Assembly: GCF_003918875.1 (NCBI RefSeq)
Contig: NW_025766981.1
Coordinates: 558,001-622,000, forward strand
Origin: Haliotis rubra
Taxonomy: Eukaryota
DNA: 64,000 bases
Direction of reading: 5' to 3'
The notes below the pieces were generated by a model. The model did not search any database. It was not told the DNA's origin and was given only the letters and a program-made list of their open reading frames with translations. Positions 61,497-64,000 of this stretch are shown here, piece by piece. The stretch's first letter is position 1. Each line of letters starts with the position of its first letter. Position numbers and translations under genes: made by a program.

Positions 61497-63829
61497 AAAA
61501 GACTGCAATGAGAGTGCCGGATGGGAAACTGCATGGGAGAATTTCTATCTAAAAGACAGCAATCCCTCGCCTTCCACACCCCATTACAGGGAAGTGACAA
61601 GATTCTGACAACTGTTCTGCCAATGAGTTTTATGTTGTTCTCCACAAAGTATTCCAGTATAATGCTGAAGATGAACTGGATGTGATTGTTTTTAGACTGT
61701 TTACTGAGAGGACATCTGCACGCTGTGTTTCCCTTATGGATGAAGTTAAGCAATATCTATCAGCCTTTGGACACTTACTGTTTTCTGGTGCAAATAAACA
61801 TGGTTTGAGATTTGTTCAACCATATGATCATGAACCTAGCCAGGTTATGAGACTGACTTTGATCATCAATTAGTCGTTGAAACCAACTTTATTTAACCAT
61901 GGCAAGGATGTAAATTCTAATCATGATTTTTGGACTGGTCTTCCACATATATATCATTCTGTGAAAGACATCCAGAAGTTACAGTCCAAACTGGAGCGCT
62001 GGGGCATTTGCATGGGAAACCTTGAGGCTCAGTATGTATCCATGGTGCCGTCAGGTGTTGGAATTTACAAGAGTTCAAGTTATGTCTCTGCTGTTGCCTA
62101 CAGGGAAGATATCCATGCTATCAGAGGTGACATTCCATACGAGTCAACAATACGTTCAACTAATTGCTGTCCACTGGTTCAATCAAAGAGGAGGTGCAAA
62201 CACTGTGACCTGTACAGAAATACTCTGCGGAAAAAGGATTCACGTCAAAAGGCCCACACTAGCTGTGTCAACATTTTTCTCTGAAGAAATCACCCCACAG
62301 CACTATGAACTGAATTCATCTTGTTAAAAAAAATAATATGCTAAAAACTGAGAAGAGATCAATTCAAGCAGAACTTGACCGACTTATAAGACGTGTGCTT
62401 GATGTCATCAAAACAAAAGGACATGTGTTAAGCGGCAGTGAAAACAAAGAACTTCTAGAAATTGTGGAACAATACACAAGTGATGCCGAGAGAAGTTATC
62501 CAGACGAAAATTCTACTCAAAGGCTCTTCTGGGACCAACAGCTAAAATATGCTAAACTCAAAAACAAATCAACAATGAGGTGGCACCCTATGATGGTAAA
62601 GTGGTGTTTGCATTTACGTAGCAAAAGTCAGAAAGCTTACAATGTGGCCAGAGATTCTGGATTTATTGCTCTTCCAAGTACCCGTACCTTATTTGACTAT
62701 TCACATGTCTTGCCGAGTACATGTGGCTTTCATGAAAGATTTACTGAACATCTGATAGAACAGGCTGAAAAATGTGGAATGTACAAGGAAGAAGGGAAAT
62801 CCTCTGTTGGGATCACCCAAGATGAAATTAAAGTATCAGAAGGACTGGTTTATGACAACAAAAGCGGCGAGTTAGTGGGATATGTAGAGCTGGACAAAAC
62901 TGGGAATGACATCAGTAATATGGACAATCTGCTTAGTGGCAGTGATCCCAAACTTGCAAAATCCAATCTGGTTGTTATGGTGAGAGGCATCACTACATCT
63001 TTGCAGTATCCATTTTCTGTCTGGCTACTGATGGAATAATTTCAGCGACTTTATACCCTCCCATATGGGAAACTGTGAGAATACTAACAATTGAGTGTGG
63101 GTTAAAGCCATTGTTTATTACATGTGATGGGGCAACACCTAACAGGAAATTGTTCAAACTACATCGTAATGAAAAGTTGCAGAATACGTTTTGGACTTTA
63201 AACCCATATTCGCTTCCCACCAGGAAACTGTACTTCATATCTGATGTCCCACACTTACTAAAAACGACAGGAAACTGTTTTTCAAATTCAAATTCGTCAC
63301 ATGAATCGTTTTATTCGACTGTCTTAACACTAGACATTTAGAGGAGGCAAAACGCAAGAGGAACCCAGACCTAGAGTCATATAGGACACCAGATGACTCG
63401 AGATTTCATTATCTGACTGATGAATTTCTACAATATTTCAATGACTGGGAAATGGCAGTAATGAATAGGGCAGGACCATATACTCTACGGCAGAGAAAAA
63501 ATATGAAGCTGAGTCAACAGACATTGAATGGTCTCCATATCAGTGTGAACTCCATTGTAGAATGCACTAAGTTTCTTTTGCAAGAAGGAGCAAGTTTTGT
63601 TATGATTCACAGATTTAATCAGGATCCCCTTGAGGAACATTTCGCTCATTATAGACATAAAGATTGATCGAACGGCAACCCAACAGTTTTTGATGTCCGC
63701 AACACTCTTTCTCAACTCAGAGTAATTGGATCTGAAGCACTTGCTCCTATTCGGGAAAATATTACCAAAAGAAGACAACAGGGACCACTTGCTGTGGACA
63801 ATACCCCACTAGCAAAATGGCTGAGATAA
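61497..63829 (+). pseudogene. Decayed P-element-superfamily (THAP9-like) transposase
   Basis: MRWHPMMVKWCLHL..S.KAY...R.SGFIALPS.RTL, QDEIKV..GL.YD, TCDGATPNR, FISDVPHLLKT and RFNQDPLEEHF across several frames with stops and frameshifts. Confidence 0.85.
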
Positions 63830-64000
63830 TCAAGTGACATCCTATTTCATGATTATGACTGAAAACTTTGAAACGCTCAACTTCAAGGCGAGACAATCTG
63901 TTTTAAGTGGGACAGAGACATAATTCTACTATTCCCATACATATCTCCAGAGAATTCACCAATCTATGAAGGCTGTGACGATGATGGTATCTCCACACTG

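Overview
Eukaryotic, AT-rich, repeat-dense genomic DNA. It is probably molluscan: the SINEs recall abalone/Haliotis, from memory and not verified. The window holds a head-to-tail (+ strand) array of six 4-exon SLC46-family (PCFT/SLC46A1/SLC46A3-like) MFS transporter genes at 3230-11300, 17341-20861, 24654-28750, 37327-40758, 45603-49246 and 54456-58037. All share an 84-bp exon 2, a 157-bp exon 3, intron phases 1/1/2 and an N-terminal acidic dileucine motif; copy 2 has two +1 homopolymer frameshifts. Introns and spacers contain two abundant SINE families with a shared 3' tail, a near-intact Tc1 element, a MULE-like TIR element, MITEs, LINE relics, a decayed P-element/THAP9-like transposase and several tandem repeats. 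The most striking observation is a ~3.7-kb 38-bp satellite in gene 1 intron 2 that appears to be an amplified copy of the gene's own intron 2/exon 3 splice junction with the acceptor AG lost. Also notable are a non-tRNA SINE with a pseudoknot-capable 5' head (candidate ribozyme), a reconstructable SINE-SINE unequal crossover, and paralog divergence concentrated in predicted cavity-lining helices. All alignments were done by eye.
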